64,000 nucleotides of DNA from Cyanophyceae cyanobacterium (GTDB lineage: Bacteria > Cyanobacteriota > Cyanobacteriia > Cyanobacteriales > Laspinemataceae), in contig JBBQFN010000010.1 in assembly GCA_038321985.1 (NCBI GenBank), forward strand, positions 93,040 through 157,039, in the 5' to 3' direction. How positions within the stretch are numbered: the stretch's first letter is position 1; each line of letters opens with the position of its first letter. Both the position numbers and the translations under genes were made by a program. The notes under the pieces were generated by a model, which searched no databases, had not been told where the DNA came from, and saw nothing but the letters and a program-made list of their open reading frames with translations. Below are positions 30,240-40,143 of the stretch, in pieces.

Positions 30240-30293
30240 TATCAAAGGAAGGGTAATTGGAGTCGCCCTTCCTATTTTTTTACATTTTTCCAA

Positions 30294-30746
30294 GTGGACC
30301 CATTCCGAGGTGAACAAGTGCGTAAAATTCCCTTAATCCCATTCGGTGGATTATTAATTCTGATAGCGTTTAAATTGGGGCAGATGAACCCGACGGTAGC
30401 GATCGACGGCAACCTCGACGGGCCAACGCTCTCAGAAGATCCCGTTCATCATGTGGTTTTAGTTGAACTCAAGCCCAATGTTAGGCCGGAAGAAATTGAA
30501 CAAATCATTGAAGATAACCGCCGCTTAATCAGTAAAATTCCGGGAGTTTTAGAAGTCTCATTAGGACCCAAAGCCCGGGGCGATCGCGAGGTTCATATTA
30601 AGGATTATCACCTCGGACTTTATGTTAAACTCTCTCAAAATACTGATTTAGATATCTACGGTCCTCATCCCAATCACCAAGAATTTCTGGCCCGACATGG
30701 CTCAAAAATTGCCTCCATTCGAGTCATGGATTTTTATGGAGAATAA
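30294..30746 (+). CDS. Dabb (stress-responsive A/B barrel) family protein
   Basis: VHHVVLVELK, KIPGV, YGPHPNHQEF, VMDF; alternative start GTG 30318. Confidence 0.85.
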   Translation: MDPFRGEQVRKIPLIPFGGLLILIAFKLGQMNPTVAIDGNLDGPTLSEDPVHHVVLVELKPNVRPEEIEQIIEDNRRLISKIPGVLEVSLGPKARGDREVHIKDYHLGLYVKLSQNTDLDIYGPHPNHQEFLARHGSKIASIRVMDFYGE

Positions 30747-30821
30747 ATTAAACTCAGATTTATTCAATCTGTACTTAATCGGGTTAAAGTATCCTCTCTA
30801 AAATTAAGCTAAACTTCAGGG

Positions 30822-30880
30822 AGGAGTGCTAGCTTCAAGCCCGCTCTTATTACGAAAGCGAAGTAGAAACTAGCACTCCT
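30822..30880. terminator. Long inverted repeat between the convergent Dabb gene and sdhA
   Basis: AGGAGTGCTAGCTTC ... GAAACTAGCACTCCT, 14/15 match, 29-nt loop. Confidence 0.5.
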
Positions 30881-30901
30881 GAATCAGTAAAATTTAAGCG
30901 C

Positions 30902-32629
30902 TTAATACTTGCGTTCTTTCGGCTGAAACTGAGTAATGGTTACGGGTCGATAACGAATATCCACACCGGCAGGAGAATAATAGGACAAGGTGTGCTTGAG
31001 GTACTGATCATCATCGCGATCGGGATAATCCTCGCGAAAATGAGCGCCTCGGCTCTCCTGACGGTTGAGGGCACTGGCTAAAATTAACTGTCCAACTACC
31101 ATCAAGTTGCGTAACTCTAACGCTTCAATAATTTCCGTGTTCCACAGTTTGCCTTTATCGTCTAAATAAATCTGCTGATACTGCTGCTGGAAATGCTCTA
31201 ACTGATTTAAGCCGGACCTCATCAGTTCATCACTGCGAAAGACACCACAATGGTCACTCATGGCATCCTGGAATCCCTGGCGAACTGCGCCAATGCGGAG
31301 GCTTCCGGAGCGATCGACGAGGGACTGGAGTTCCTGCTGGGCTTGGGCGAGGTAGCGGCGATCATCGATTTCCGGCAACTTGCGGGTTTCAACGTACCGG
31401 GCGATCGCCGCCCCAGTGATTTTCCCATACACCACGCACTCCAGCAGGGAATTACTCCCCAGGCGGTTCGCGCCATGTACAGACACACAGGCGCATTCCC
31501 CTGCTGCAAAGAATCCTTCCACCAAACCATCGGGACCGCTTCGCACCTGTCCCTCGGTATTGACCGGAATCCCTCCCATTGAGTAATGACCCGTGGGACG
31601 CACCGGCATGGGTTCATACACCGCATCGACCCCTAACAAACGGTGAGCTTCTTCCCAACAGAAGGGGATCCGGCTCATAATTTTTTCTTTGCCCATGTGC
31701 CGCAGGTCGAGGAAGATACAAGGCCCCCCCGCACGGCCATCGGGATATACCCCGCGTCCGGCCCGAATTTCCCGGGTAATTGCCCGGGAAGTAATGTCAC
31801 GAGGGGCTAATTCCATGCGACTGGGGGCGTAGGTTGCCATAAAGCGATCGCCCTCGCTGTTGATTAAATAGGCTCCTTCCCCCCGCACTGCTTCAGAAAT
31901 CAACACCCCCACGGGATACAACCCGGTCGGATGGAACTGCACGAACTCCATATCTTGTAACGGCACTCCGGCGATCGCCGACATTGCCAACCCGTCCCCG
32001 GTGGAAGCAAAGTCATTCGAGGTGGTATTAAAAACCCGTCCATATCCCCCGGTGGCAAACATTACCGCTTTGGCACGAATCACTTCTAGGCGACCGTCCA
32101 GAATATGGTACATGACCAATCCCTTGGCTTGTCCCTCTTCCAAAATTAACCGCATGACATACCACTCTTCATAGACGTGGACCCCATAGCGGCGCAGGTT
32201 ATTGACCAGTTCGTGCAACATGGCATGACCTGTTTTATCCGCCGCGTAGCAGGTGCGGTTGTGGGAATGGCCCCCGAAGGCTCGCTGGGCAATTCGCCCA
32301 TCGGGTAAGCGGGAGAAGAGGACGCCCATGTGTTCAAGGTCAATGACCACATCCGGGGCTTGTTTGGTGAGGAGCTCTACGGCATCTTGATCCGCTAAAT
32401 AGTCGGACCCTTTGACCGTATCAAAGGCGTGGGCTTCCCAGCTATCGGTCGAATCTACGTTTTTGAGGGTGGCGGCGATTCCACCTTGGGCCGCAACGGA
32501 ATGGGACCGAATCGGATGGGTTTTAGCAACCACAGCTACATCAATGCTGGGATTGATCCGCCCGATTTCCACTGCGGCGCGACACCCGGCGAGTCCACCC
32601 CCGACAATAATCACGTCATGTTCTATCAT
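30902..32629 (-). CDS. sdhA: Succinate dehydrogenase/fumarate reductase flavoprotein subunit
   Basis: GGGLAG, RSHSVAAQGG (covalent FAD His), QFHPTG, SEAVRGEG, HGANRLGSNSL, ESRGAH. Confidence 0.95.
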   Translation of the reverse strand: MIEHDVIIVGGGLAGCRAAVEIGRINPSIDVAVVAKTHPIRSHSVAAQGGIAATLKNVDSTDSWEAHAFDTVKGSDYLADQDAVELLTKQAPDVVIDLEHMGVLFSRLPDGRIAQRAFGGHSHNRTCYAADKTGHAMLHELVNNLRRYGVHVYEEWYVMRLILEEGQAKGLVMYHILDGRLEVIRAKAVMFATGGYGRVFNTTSNDFASTGDGLAMSAIAGVPLQDMEFVQFHPTGLYPVGVLISEAVRGEGAYLINSEGDRFMATYAPSRMELAPRDITSRAITREIRAGRGVYPDGRAGGPCIFLDLRHMGKEKIMSRIPFCWEEAHRLLGVDAVYEPMPVRPTGHYSMGGIPVNTEGQVRSGPDGLVEGFFAAGECACVSVHGANRLGSNSLLECVVYGKITGAAIARYVETRKLPEIDDRRYLAQAQQELQSLVDRSGSLRIGAVRQGFQDAMSDHCGVFRSDELMRSGLNQLEHFQQQYQQIYLDDKGKLWNTEIIEALELRNLMVVGQLILASALNRQESRGAHFREDYPDRDDDQYLKHTLSYYSPAGVDIRYRPVTITQFQPKERKY

Positions 32630-32825
32630 TGTTTTTTTAGCTCTCGTTGGATCTATGGAATGTAAATGTCTTCTGGATCTATCCTCCCTCTAAAAAAAAA
32701 TTCCCTCCTCAAAGGTAGGGAATTTTTTAGAATTGCTCAGTCGTGGGCGGATTCGCCCTTGAGGATAAATAGGGCGCAGGAAAATTTTTAAGGACCGGAG
32801 TGGGGTTCTCCGGAGCGAAGTCGGG

Positions 32826-33140
32826 CTAACTCGATACCTGAGCCGGATTCGGGTTAGATACAGTTCTCGAACCTGATTCAGCCGGTTGTGCAGAGATATC
32901 TACCGGGTTCAGTTCAATATGGTTAAGCAAGGTGGTGACGAAGGCAAACACGAGGAAGGGCAGGGAGAGAACAAGAATTAAACCCACTGTAGCGAGGGCG
33001 TAGATTTGACGCGCGGTACTCCACAGGGCAAGTGCTGAGGCTAAACTCAGGAAAATCACGATCAACCAAATGATGATTTGTCCGTAGATATCTCCAAAGG
33101 TCAGGGTGCAGACCAATCGGTATTTTTTCAGGTTATTCAT
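32826..33140 (-). CDS. Conserved two-TM hypothetical protein
   Basis: YRLVCTLTFGDIYGQII...FAFVTTLLNHI. Confidence 0.75.
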   Translation of the reverse strand: MNNLKKYRLVCTLTFGDIYGQIIIWLIVIFLSLASALALWSTARQIYALATVGLILVLSLPFLVFAFVTTLLNHIELNPVDISAQPAESGSRTVSNPNPAQVSS

Positions 33141-33891
33141 TAATGGGTTTCCTCGAAAACTCTAGATTTAAGATCAGGGTAATATCCTGTTTCTGTTTTA
33201 ATAGATTTTTAAAGATTTTTGAAAGATTCGCAACATCACTTTACAATCCGGATGGCTCTGACGGTGGCGATCGCTTTTCTAGAGAAGTCGGGGGTTAAAG
33301 GGACTGGGAAGCCTTATCCCTCAAGATTTAAAGGGCGATCGCTTTGGAAACTTTCTGAGGTTTGGGGTTGTTTGACGGGCTGCTTGGCATAGACGGTTGC
33401 AACTCATGACTAACCGCAGCCGATTCCCTGTTTTAGCGGGTATCTGCCGCTTTGAGGTCATTAAAATCAGACTTTTATAAGAATTGAGCTAGGGCAGGGC
33501 GCACCCGCATTTTTAACAACCCAATCATGAGGTGACGTTAACTAATGTTAAGAAATCTGACAATAATATTGCTAAGTATAAAATTTTTACTAAGAAATCA
33601 GGACATCAGGAGCCAGTGAGCTATTTTAAAGACAACCCTAGGTAATGAACTCACGGTAGAAAATGTAGATAAACTTGGGGAAGTAATCGGTAGAGCGTGG
33701 AAAAGCTGGGTTGGTGTACAAAACATCGGTAAAGAAAGCCCACCTCTTTCTTTTCGCCGCTTCCTGGTTTTTCGGGCCCATTCTAATACTGGACCGATGC
33801 TCTAGCTGCGGTAAGGATCCAAGAAATTCTGAGGGGGGCTTTTATAATAAAAGCCCCCCCTATCTAGGAATTGATCTGTTAGGAGATTCCA

Positions 33892-34470
33892 ATGCAAGAA
33901 CAACCGTTTCATGAGTTACCGGAGATCAATCCCACCGCTGCGATCAGGCATCAGGGACCGTTAAATCGAAAGGAGCGTTCGTCTACCCCGAATCAAGAGG
34001 GTGGACAAAACAACTATGAGTATTGGAAGCGGGAAGGCGATCGCTTGCGGGTGGCACAAGCGTATCTCGAAGCGATCGCGGCTTATGAATCTGCTTTACT
34101 CCAAAAACCGACTGCCTGCTATGCATGGCAGGAACGGGGTGAGGTCCTCAAACGCTTACACCGCTACGAGGAGGCGATCGCCTCTTATCGCAAGGCCCTT
34201 GAAGTCAGCGCTAATCCCATAGCCCGATATCAAGCTTGGAATGGCTTAGGGGCGTTGTTCTTTACCCTTGAGCGCTATGAGGAATCAATTTTTGCCTATA
34301 AACAAGCCCTCGCACTCTGTCCTAATGGTATGGGATCTCCTCATATTCTGGAAATGGAAGGAATTGCTTGGTCCAGATTAAATCGCTACTTAGAAGCCGG
34401 AGATTGTTACAATCGCGCCTATCATAAAGCGGTGGAAATTTCCGATCGAACGGTAAAAAAAATCAATTAG
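33892..34470 (+). CDS. TPR protein
   Basis: AWQERGEVLKRLHRYEEAIASYRKAL repeats; AGGAG RBS. Confidence 0.85.
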   Translation: MQEQPFHELPEINPTAAIRHQGPLNRKERSSTPNQEGGQNNYEYWKREGDRLRVAQAYLEAIAAYESALLQKPTACYAWQERGEVLKRLHRYEEAIASYRKALEVSANPIARYQAWNGLGALFFTLERYEESIFAYKQALALCPNGMGSPHILEMEGIAWSRLNRYLEAGDCYNRAYHKAVEISDRTVKKIN

Positions 34471-34753
34471 CCGACTGCCTACTTTTTCCCGGGTTATAGA
34501 CGTTTAAACGCGGGCAGTTTTTTAGAATTCACAGGTGATCGTACTCTTTTCACTCTTTCCAACTCTCATCCCCCATGGGGGGTGCAATCCAATCATCAAT
34601 CACCCTACCTCGTGGAAAGTTAAAATTTCTCAGGTCTAACCCTCCCCTTTTCAAGTTATTCTTTCTGTGGAACCTGATATTTTTTCTCCCGTGGGAGGAA
34701 CTTAAAAGGCCAAAAATCGTTATAGTTGATTGGAGACTTTAACCTGAGCTTTT

Positions 34754-35104
34754 ATGATGAAACCCCTTCAAAAAACCATCGCCACAACTTTAGGATTGAG
34801 TATCCTACTGTGGTCCGCTCCATCCCTAGCCCAACAAAATCTACGCTTGACTTGGGTCCGCCTGAATACGACAAACCGAGACGGATGTGTGCGTCAGGCT
34901 GTTGAGGCCATGAAATCCGTAGGATTGAGTAATGTGCAAGTTGAGGATAATGAATTAGTCATAGGAGACACCGAAGAATCTGAAGCAAAAATTATGTGCA
35001 TTGAAAGTGGACGAGAACTGCTAGCCGCGATCGCCGTCAGCAGCGAGAATTCTAACTCGGCTCGGGAGATCCGGGGTAACTTGAGAAGTTATATGAGACG
35101 ATAA
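34754..35104 (+). CDS. Hypothetical secreted protein
   Basis: Signal peptide (…SAPSLA), two Cys. Confidence 0.7.
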   Translation: MMKPLQKTIATTLGLSILLWSAPSLAQQNLRLTWVRLNTTNRDGCVRQAVEAMKSVGLSNVQVEDNELVIGDTEESEAKIMCIESGRELLAAIAVSSENSNSAREIRGNLRSYMRR

Positions 35105-35137
35105 AGCAAAACCCCGCAAAAAGGGCATTTCCCAACT

Positions 35138-35165
35138 TTAGCCCGCCTATGCGGGCTAATTTTTT
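35138..35165 (+). terminator. Rho-independent terminator
   Basis: TTAGCCCGC-CTAT-GCGGGCTAA followed by a T run. Confidence 0.7.
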
Positions 35166-35438
35166 GGAATTCTAAAACTATTCCTTTTACCGCTCTAAAA
35201 TGAACGACGATTAGCCGATTCTTTTCACCTTTATTTTTTGTAATTCCCCTTTTGACTCTTTCATAAATTATATTTTTCTAACTTTAGAAATTTACTTTTT
35301 AAGTTTTTTTAAGGCTTAAATTTTTCCGGGTAATCCCGGGTTAATTCCCCTTATAAAACTCATTTTTAGCAAGTTTAACCTATTTTCACCTAAGATTTTC
35401 ACCCACGCGGGGAGACCAATCCCGTACAATAGAAAGGG

Positions 35439-37463
35439 ATGGCTCCTCAAGTTAAAGTTATGGCCGAAAAAGTCGTGAAAACCTGGTTAAAACAGATATC
35501 CCAACGGTTTACAAGGAGCAAAGCGCCCTTGGAGACGGAGGGGACTGGAAATCCTATTCCCGGCAGTCTCTCCTCCCTTCTGAATCCCAAGGATCCCTTA
35601 TCCCTGAACTCCCAGGGGTCAAATGCAATCCTCGCGAACCGTTCTAATCCTCCACAGTTCCCGGACTGTTCCAGTCATGGATATCAAGTGCTCCAGAGTT
35701 TGGGTCATAACTATGCCGGCGGGCGTTCTACCTATTTGGCAACCCATCTAAAAACTCAGAAACCTGTGGTAATCAAACAATTTCAGTTTGCTAAACCTGG
35801 TGCAGATTGGTCCGCCTATAAAGCACATGAACGGGAAATCAAAGTGTTGCAGGGTCTGAGTCATCCGGGGATTCCCCGCTATATGGATTCTTTTGAGACA
35901 GATGAGGGGTTTTGTCTAGTTCATGACTATAAAAATGCCCAATCTTTAGCGGTTTTTCGGCGGCTAGATCCCGAGAAAATTAAGCAGATGGCGATCGCCG
36001 TTTTGGAAATTCTGGTTTATCTACAGAACCGAGTTCCAGGTGTGATTCACCGCGATATCAAACCTGAAAATATTTTAATGGGCGATCGCGCCGATATTAT
36101 TTATCTAATTGATTTTGGATTTGCCCGCATCGGCGGCGGTGAGGTGGTGCAAAGTAGCGTAGTCTCGGGAACACCGGGATTCATGCCACCGGAACAATTA
36201 CTCAATCTCAAACTCACGGAAGCGTCTGATTTATATGGATTAGGGGTTACCCTGATTTGTTTGCTGACCCAAACCGATTCTAGTGAAATTAACCGCTTAA
36301 TTGATAGTAGCTATCGCCTCAATTTTGCCGAGTTAGTGCCTCATCTGAGTGACGAATTTATCCACTGGTTACGGAAAATGGTAGAACCCAATAGTAGCGA
36401 TCGCTTTTCTCATGCGGCAGCCGCTTTAGAAGCATTGACTCCAATTTCAGTTTCCCGAATTTTACCCCAAGTAGAATTTAGTCAAACTCGTTTGGACTTG
36501 AGCGCCCCAGAAGGAGAAACCTTCACCCAAACTCTGACGGTAAAAAATCTGGTGGCAGAGACGGTATTAGCCGGACGGTGGGAAATTGCCCCGGGCCCGA
36601 ATCAAGAGGAAATAACACCGGATTGGATCTCAATAAACCCGGAAGAATTTCAGGGGAATAACACGGAATTTCACATTAAAATTGATACCACAAATTTAAT
36701 ATTAAATCAAGGGTACAATCGCAATCTTTTACTGCACGCAAATTCCGTAAATAAAACTCAAATTATCCCCCTTTCGGTGTCGGTTTCTCCTCGGAAATTT
36801 TCCGGAGAGCTGACAAGTCTAGAGGCGGGAAAATTTGCCCCATGGAAACAAAAAGTAGCCCTTCCATTTTCCATAATTTTGTTTGCCACCAGTTTAGGAA
36901 TTCCCTTGATTTTTCTGTCGCCTTATGTGGCAGTTTCAGTCGCTGTTCCCTTGATCCTCCTAGCCGGTAAAGGATTTACCGATAAAATTCAGGATCCGGC
37001 GATCGAGCGGGTGGCTGAATTCTCGCGAAAATGGCTCGTTGCCCCAGGTTTAGTGGGGCTGGCTTTGTGGAGTTTCACTGTAGTTGATATTGCCTGGTTA
37101 GAGCATCCAGAACGGAAATTATTAGGGTTAATTTTAGCAGGAATGGCAATGGCGGGTATGGGCATCGCGATATTAGAGCTATTTAAGGCAGGCTTTAAAC
37201 GGATGGTGGTGTTACTGCCGCTATTAATTTTTGGGCTTTCTTTTGTGGTGATCGGAGTCGTTACGGGAATGACGGGTAAAATTGTAGAAGCTGGGGCGAC
37301 AGTGTTGGTTTTAAACGGTGCCACTAAACAGGAGATTCAACAGAAAAACGCTGGGGTTGGTGCGATCGCTCGTTATGTGGGAGTGGCAACATTAGGCATC
37401 ACTTTGGGAACGGGTCTGGCTTGGTTATTGGTGCATTATGGAATAGCCTCTTGGATGGGGTAA
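35439..37463 (+). CDS. Hanks-type Ser/Thr protein kinase with an Ig-like segment and multi-TM C-terminus
   Basis: VVIKQF, HPGIP, IHRDIKPEN, IDFG, GTPGFMPPEQ, SDLYGLG. Confidence 0.93.
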   Translation: MAPQVKVMAEKVVKTWLKQISQRFTRSKAPLETEGTGNPIPGSLSSLLNPKDPLSLNSQGSNAILANRSNPPQFPDCSSHGYQVLQSLGHNYAGGRSTYLATHLKTQKPVVIKQFQFAKPGADWSAYKAHEREIKVLQGLSHPGIPRYMDSFETDEGFCLVHDYKNAQSLAVFRRLDPEKIKQMAIAVLEILVYLQNRVPGVIHRDIKPENILMGDRADIIYLIDFGFARIGGGEVVQSSVVSGTPGFMPPEQLLNLKLTEASDLYGLGVTLICLLTQTDSSEINRLIDSSYRLNFAELVPHLSDEFIHWLRKMVEPNSSDRFSHAAAALEALTPISVSRILPQVEFSQTRLDLSAPEGETFTQTLTVKNLVAETVLAGRWEIAPGPNQEEITPDWISINPEEFQGNNTEFHIKIDTTNLILNQGYNRNLLLHANSVNKTQIIPLSVSVSPRKFSGELTSLEAGKFAPWKQKVALPFSIILFATSLGIPLIFLSPYVAVSVAVPLILLAGKGFTDKIQDPAIERVAEFSRKWLVAPGLVGLALWSFTVVDIAWLEHPERKLLGLILAGMAMAGMGIAILELFKAGFKRMVVLLPLLIFGLSFVVIGVVTGMTGKIVEAGATVLVLNGATKQEIQQKNAGVGAIARYVGVATLGITLGTGLAWLLVHYGIASWMG

Positions 37464-37602
37464 TCCAAACCTTTTGGGGATGGGAAGCAGGGAGTAAGGC
37501 AGCAGAGTCGTGACACCGAACTTTCTGATCCTGCCCTGCTTTAACCCATAGAGATTTGAAGGTTTACGCCTCTATACATTTGCTGTGGCTCTATCTGGGA
37601 TC

Positions 37603-37854
37603 TTAATAAAATTGGCCTTCATGCAATATCAACTCACCATGTTCTGGCACCCACGCCACCCACTCGCGATCGCCACATTTACATAATAGTAATGCTTCGT
37701 CTGCACTGTATTCGCTGGGTTGTTCTAATAGCTGCACCCAAGTGTTAGGTTCCGGTTCATGCCAAATTATCTCCCGCTGAGATGTTGGAATCCATTCAGG
37801 CGATCGCAGATACATTTTTTCTAATTCTTGTTTAACTAGGTCAAGTTTCATCAT
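37603..37854 (-). CDS. Small conserved hypothetical protein (83 aa)
   Basis: WVQLLEQPSEYSADEALLLC...WVAWVPEHGE; ATG 37854 after AAGGAA. Confidence 0.75.
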   Translation of the reverse strand: MMKLDLVKQELEKMYLRSPEWIPTSQREIIWHEPEPNTWVQLLEQPSEYSADEALLLCKCGDREWVAWVPEHGELILHEGQFY

Positions 37855-37946
37855 TTTTTTCCTTTTTTCGTTTTTAATGCGAGAGGTCACCCTGGCTCCA
37901 GGAGAGGGGCCTGAACTGAGCAAGTATGGGTTATCTAATATTTTTG

Positions 37947-37966
37947 TCTGTAACAATTGTTACAGA
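37947..37966. promoter_or_regulatory. NtcA-type binding site (GTA-N8-TAC) in a perfect 20-bp palindrome
   Basis: TCTGTAACAATTGTTACAGA; weak -10-like CATACT about 21 nt downstream on the minus strand. Confidence 0.7.
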
Positions 37967-38240
37967 TATGATTTTTAGACGTCAAGCAAAGTTAGTAGAA
38001 CTTAACAATCCTGGCCCTAACTGCTAGATCAGCCTGAGATACCGCATCTAAACGAAGGGGATAATTCTAGGGGCAGGGGGAGCATTTAAGCGCCCTACGC
38101 CTGATCACCGAGTCAGACACTTAATAAGTGAATTATTTATAATAATTAACGCTGTACTTGTAGCTTGAATCATCCTCAGTTAGCAATTTCTAACTGCCAG
38201 TAAATCGCTAAAATTTTGCAATTCTTATTTTTTCTGCCTG

Positions 38241-38314
38241 TTTTCCCCAGAGATTCCACATAGATTTCCACAGGTTATCCGAGGTTTTCCACAGGTTATC
38301 TGAGGTTTTCCCCA
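38241..38314 (+). repeat. Array of up to seven co-oriented DnaA-box-like 9-mers
   Basis: TTTTCCCCA 38241, GATTCCACA 38252, ATTTCCACA 38264, TTATCCGAG 38275, TTTTCCACA 38285, TTATCTGAG 38296, TTTTCCCCA 38306; start-to-start spacing 10-12 bp. Confidence 0.65.
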
Positions 38315-38722
38315 GGCGATCGCCTTCGAGTTCTCGTGTTTTGGTTGAGTTGGGGATTAAGGGCAAAAAATGACAGCCTGGGATGGCTGGGGGAAATTTA
38401 ATGAAGTTGTGTAACAATAAAGAGCTGAAACTATTGTTCTCTCGTGAACCCGAGGGACCCAGGATGAAAATCGTAACATTTCGCAACGTTGACAACTCCA
38501 CCCCTTCTGAGCGCAAAATGAAACGGCAAACCTAAAAGGGTTTCTCGTCATCCCAGCTTTTTAAAATAAGCAGCCAGCATTCTTGAGGTAAGTATTTAGC
38601 TTGAACCTAGAGCTAAAGCGGAGTGTGGCAACCCAAATCAGGGTGACGCCTGCTTGAACAAAGGCGGGTGGTGAGTGGTAAAACGTCAATAGCTACGCGG
38701 AACGCGCACGGAGGTTTCCATA

Positions 38723-38947
38723 ATGAACGCAAACGTCAGCATCCTCGCAGAAATTCCAGAAGAACTGCATCAATCGCTTAAAGGGTATTTAGACTCTCAT
38801 CCCGACTGGGATCAAGACCGGGTGTTTGCTGCGGCCCTGTCTCTGTTTTTGTTACAAAATGGAGATAATCGAACCCCAGAGTCCTCGAAAAACTATCACC
38901 AAGCCGCTAGAGTTTATTTGGAAACCCTGTTTCAGCATCCGGTTTAA
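38723..38947 (+). CDS. DUF2811 family protein
   Basis: EIPEELHQSLKGYLDSHPDWDQDRVFAAALSLFLLQNG; GGAGG RBS. Confidence 0.88.
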   Translation: MNANVSILAEIPEELHQSLKGYLDSHPDWDQDRVFAAALSLFLLQNGDNRTPESSKNYHQAARVYLETLFQHPV

Positions 38948-39420
38948 GGTCCAGGGGTTAGGGAATCCTAGAGTAAAAAAGCAGCTTCGGTGCGATCGCC
39001 CCAGGGAGTGAACTCATGAATCCTGGCAAACCATTGGGGAGAGGATGGATGCCAGATTCCCGGCGATTTCAAGATAAAACCCGATAAAAGACACAACGGG
39101 CAATGGTCAAGGCAAATGCCTGTCAGGATGAGTATTGGGGGCATCTACGTTTGTAGAGGGGTTCAGGCTTGGGTCGGAATCGGTTCCCTATCCCAGTGGA
39201 AATAGATGCTTGCTGCCGGTTCCTAAAGGGTGCGGCAATCACCGGGATGACCTGAGATGAAGAGATGGCATAGCCCCCGCGATCGCAACCCCAGCAGCCG
39301 ATTCACAAATAGTGAAGCCCCTAGGAAAAAGGCGTTTGTTTTTTGGACAGACGCCATTAAGTCCCTGGTAAGAATGAATTGAAAATTAGACAATGAGCTA
39401 GGATCACATCTGAATTTGGA

Positions 39421-40143
39421 CTAGAGTTGCTCCCCTGGATCTTCCGAATCGCCGCTTTGAGATTCAAATTTGTAACCGACCCCGCGCACAGTATGAATCA
39501 GCTTGGGATAGATGCCATCCCCTTCGATTTTGCGGCGGATTTGGCCGATATGTACGTCCACCACTCGCTGATCCCCTACATAGTCATATTCCCAAACTTC
39601 ATGTAGCAGTTCAGATCTACGCCAAACCCGGCCGGGATGAGAGGCTAAAAAATAAAGTAAATCAAATTCAAGGGCCGTTAAAATAATGGGGTGATCAGAG
39701 ATTGTCACCTCGCGACGGACTGGATCAATGCTCATGGTTCCAAAGTCAACCGAGGGTTGTTCGGCAACTTGGACCACCCGTTGACGCTTTAACAGCGCCC
39801 CGACTCTAGCACCGAGCTCGACCAGACTAAAGGGTTTGGTAATATAATCATCTGCACCTAAACTGAATCCTCGGATTTTATCAGCTTCATCCGTGCGACT
39901 GGTCAGCATTAAAACGAAAACACCCGTGCGCTTTTGCATCGCTTGACAAAGCTGATAGCCAGTAGTATCGGGTAAATTAACATCTAGAATAACCAAATCT
40001 GGATTAAATTGCTCGAAGAGTTCGAGCGCTTTTTTTCCATCTTCAGCCGACTCCATTTGATAGTCTTGCTTGTTTAAAAAGCGATGGATTAAATTTCGGA
40101 TCGCCGGATCGTCATCAACCACAAGAATCTTGGCAGGGGCCAT
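39421..40143 (-). CDS. OmpR/PhoB family response regulator
   Basis: VVDDD, ILDVNLP, GADDYITKPF receiver; VDVHIGQIRRKI, HTVRGVGYKF winged helix. Confidence 0.95.
   Translation of the reverse strand: MAPAKILVVDDDPAIRNLIHRFLNKQDYQMESAEDGKKALELFEQFNPDLVILDVNLPDTTGYQLCQAMQKRTGVFVLMLTSRTDEADKIRGFSLGADDYITKPFSLVELGARVGALLKRQRVVQVAEQPSVDFGTMSIDPVRREVTISDHPIILTALEFDLLYFLASHPGRVWRRSELLHEVWEYDYVGDQRVVDVHIGQIRRKIEGDGIYPKLIHTVRGVGYKFESQSGDSEDPGEQL

Noticed and set aside
30822..30880. CIRCE (HrcA operator), suggested by TAGCACTC and GAGTGCTA half-sites
   Set aside because: Half-sites are in the reverse order, far more than 9 bp apart, and lie between two gene 3' ends.
38208..38551. ORFs 38208-38516 and 38357-38551 (LWKTSDN repeats)
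   Set aside because: The peptide repeat is just the translation of the DnaA-box-like DNA array.
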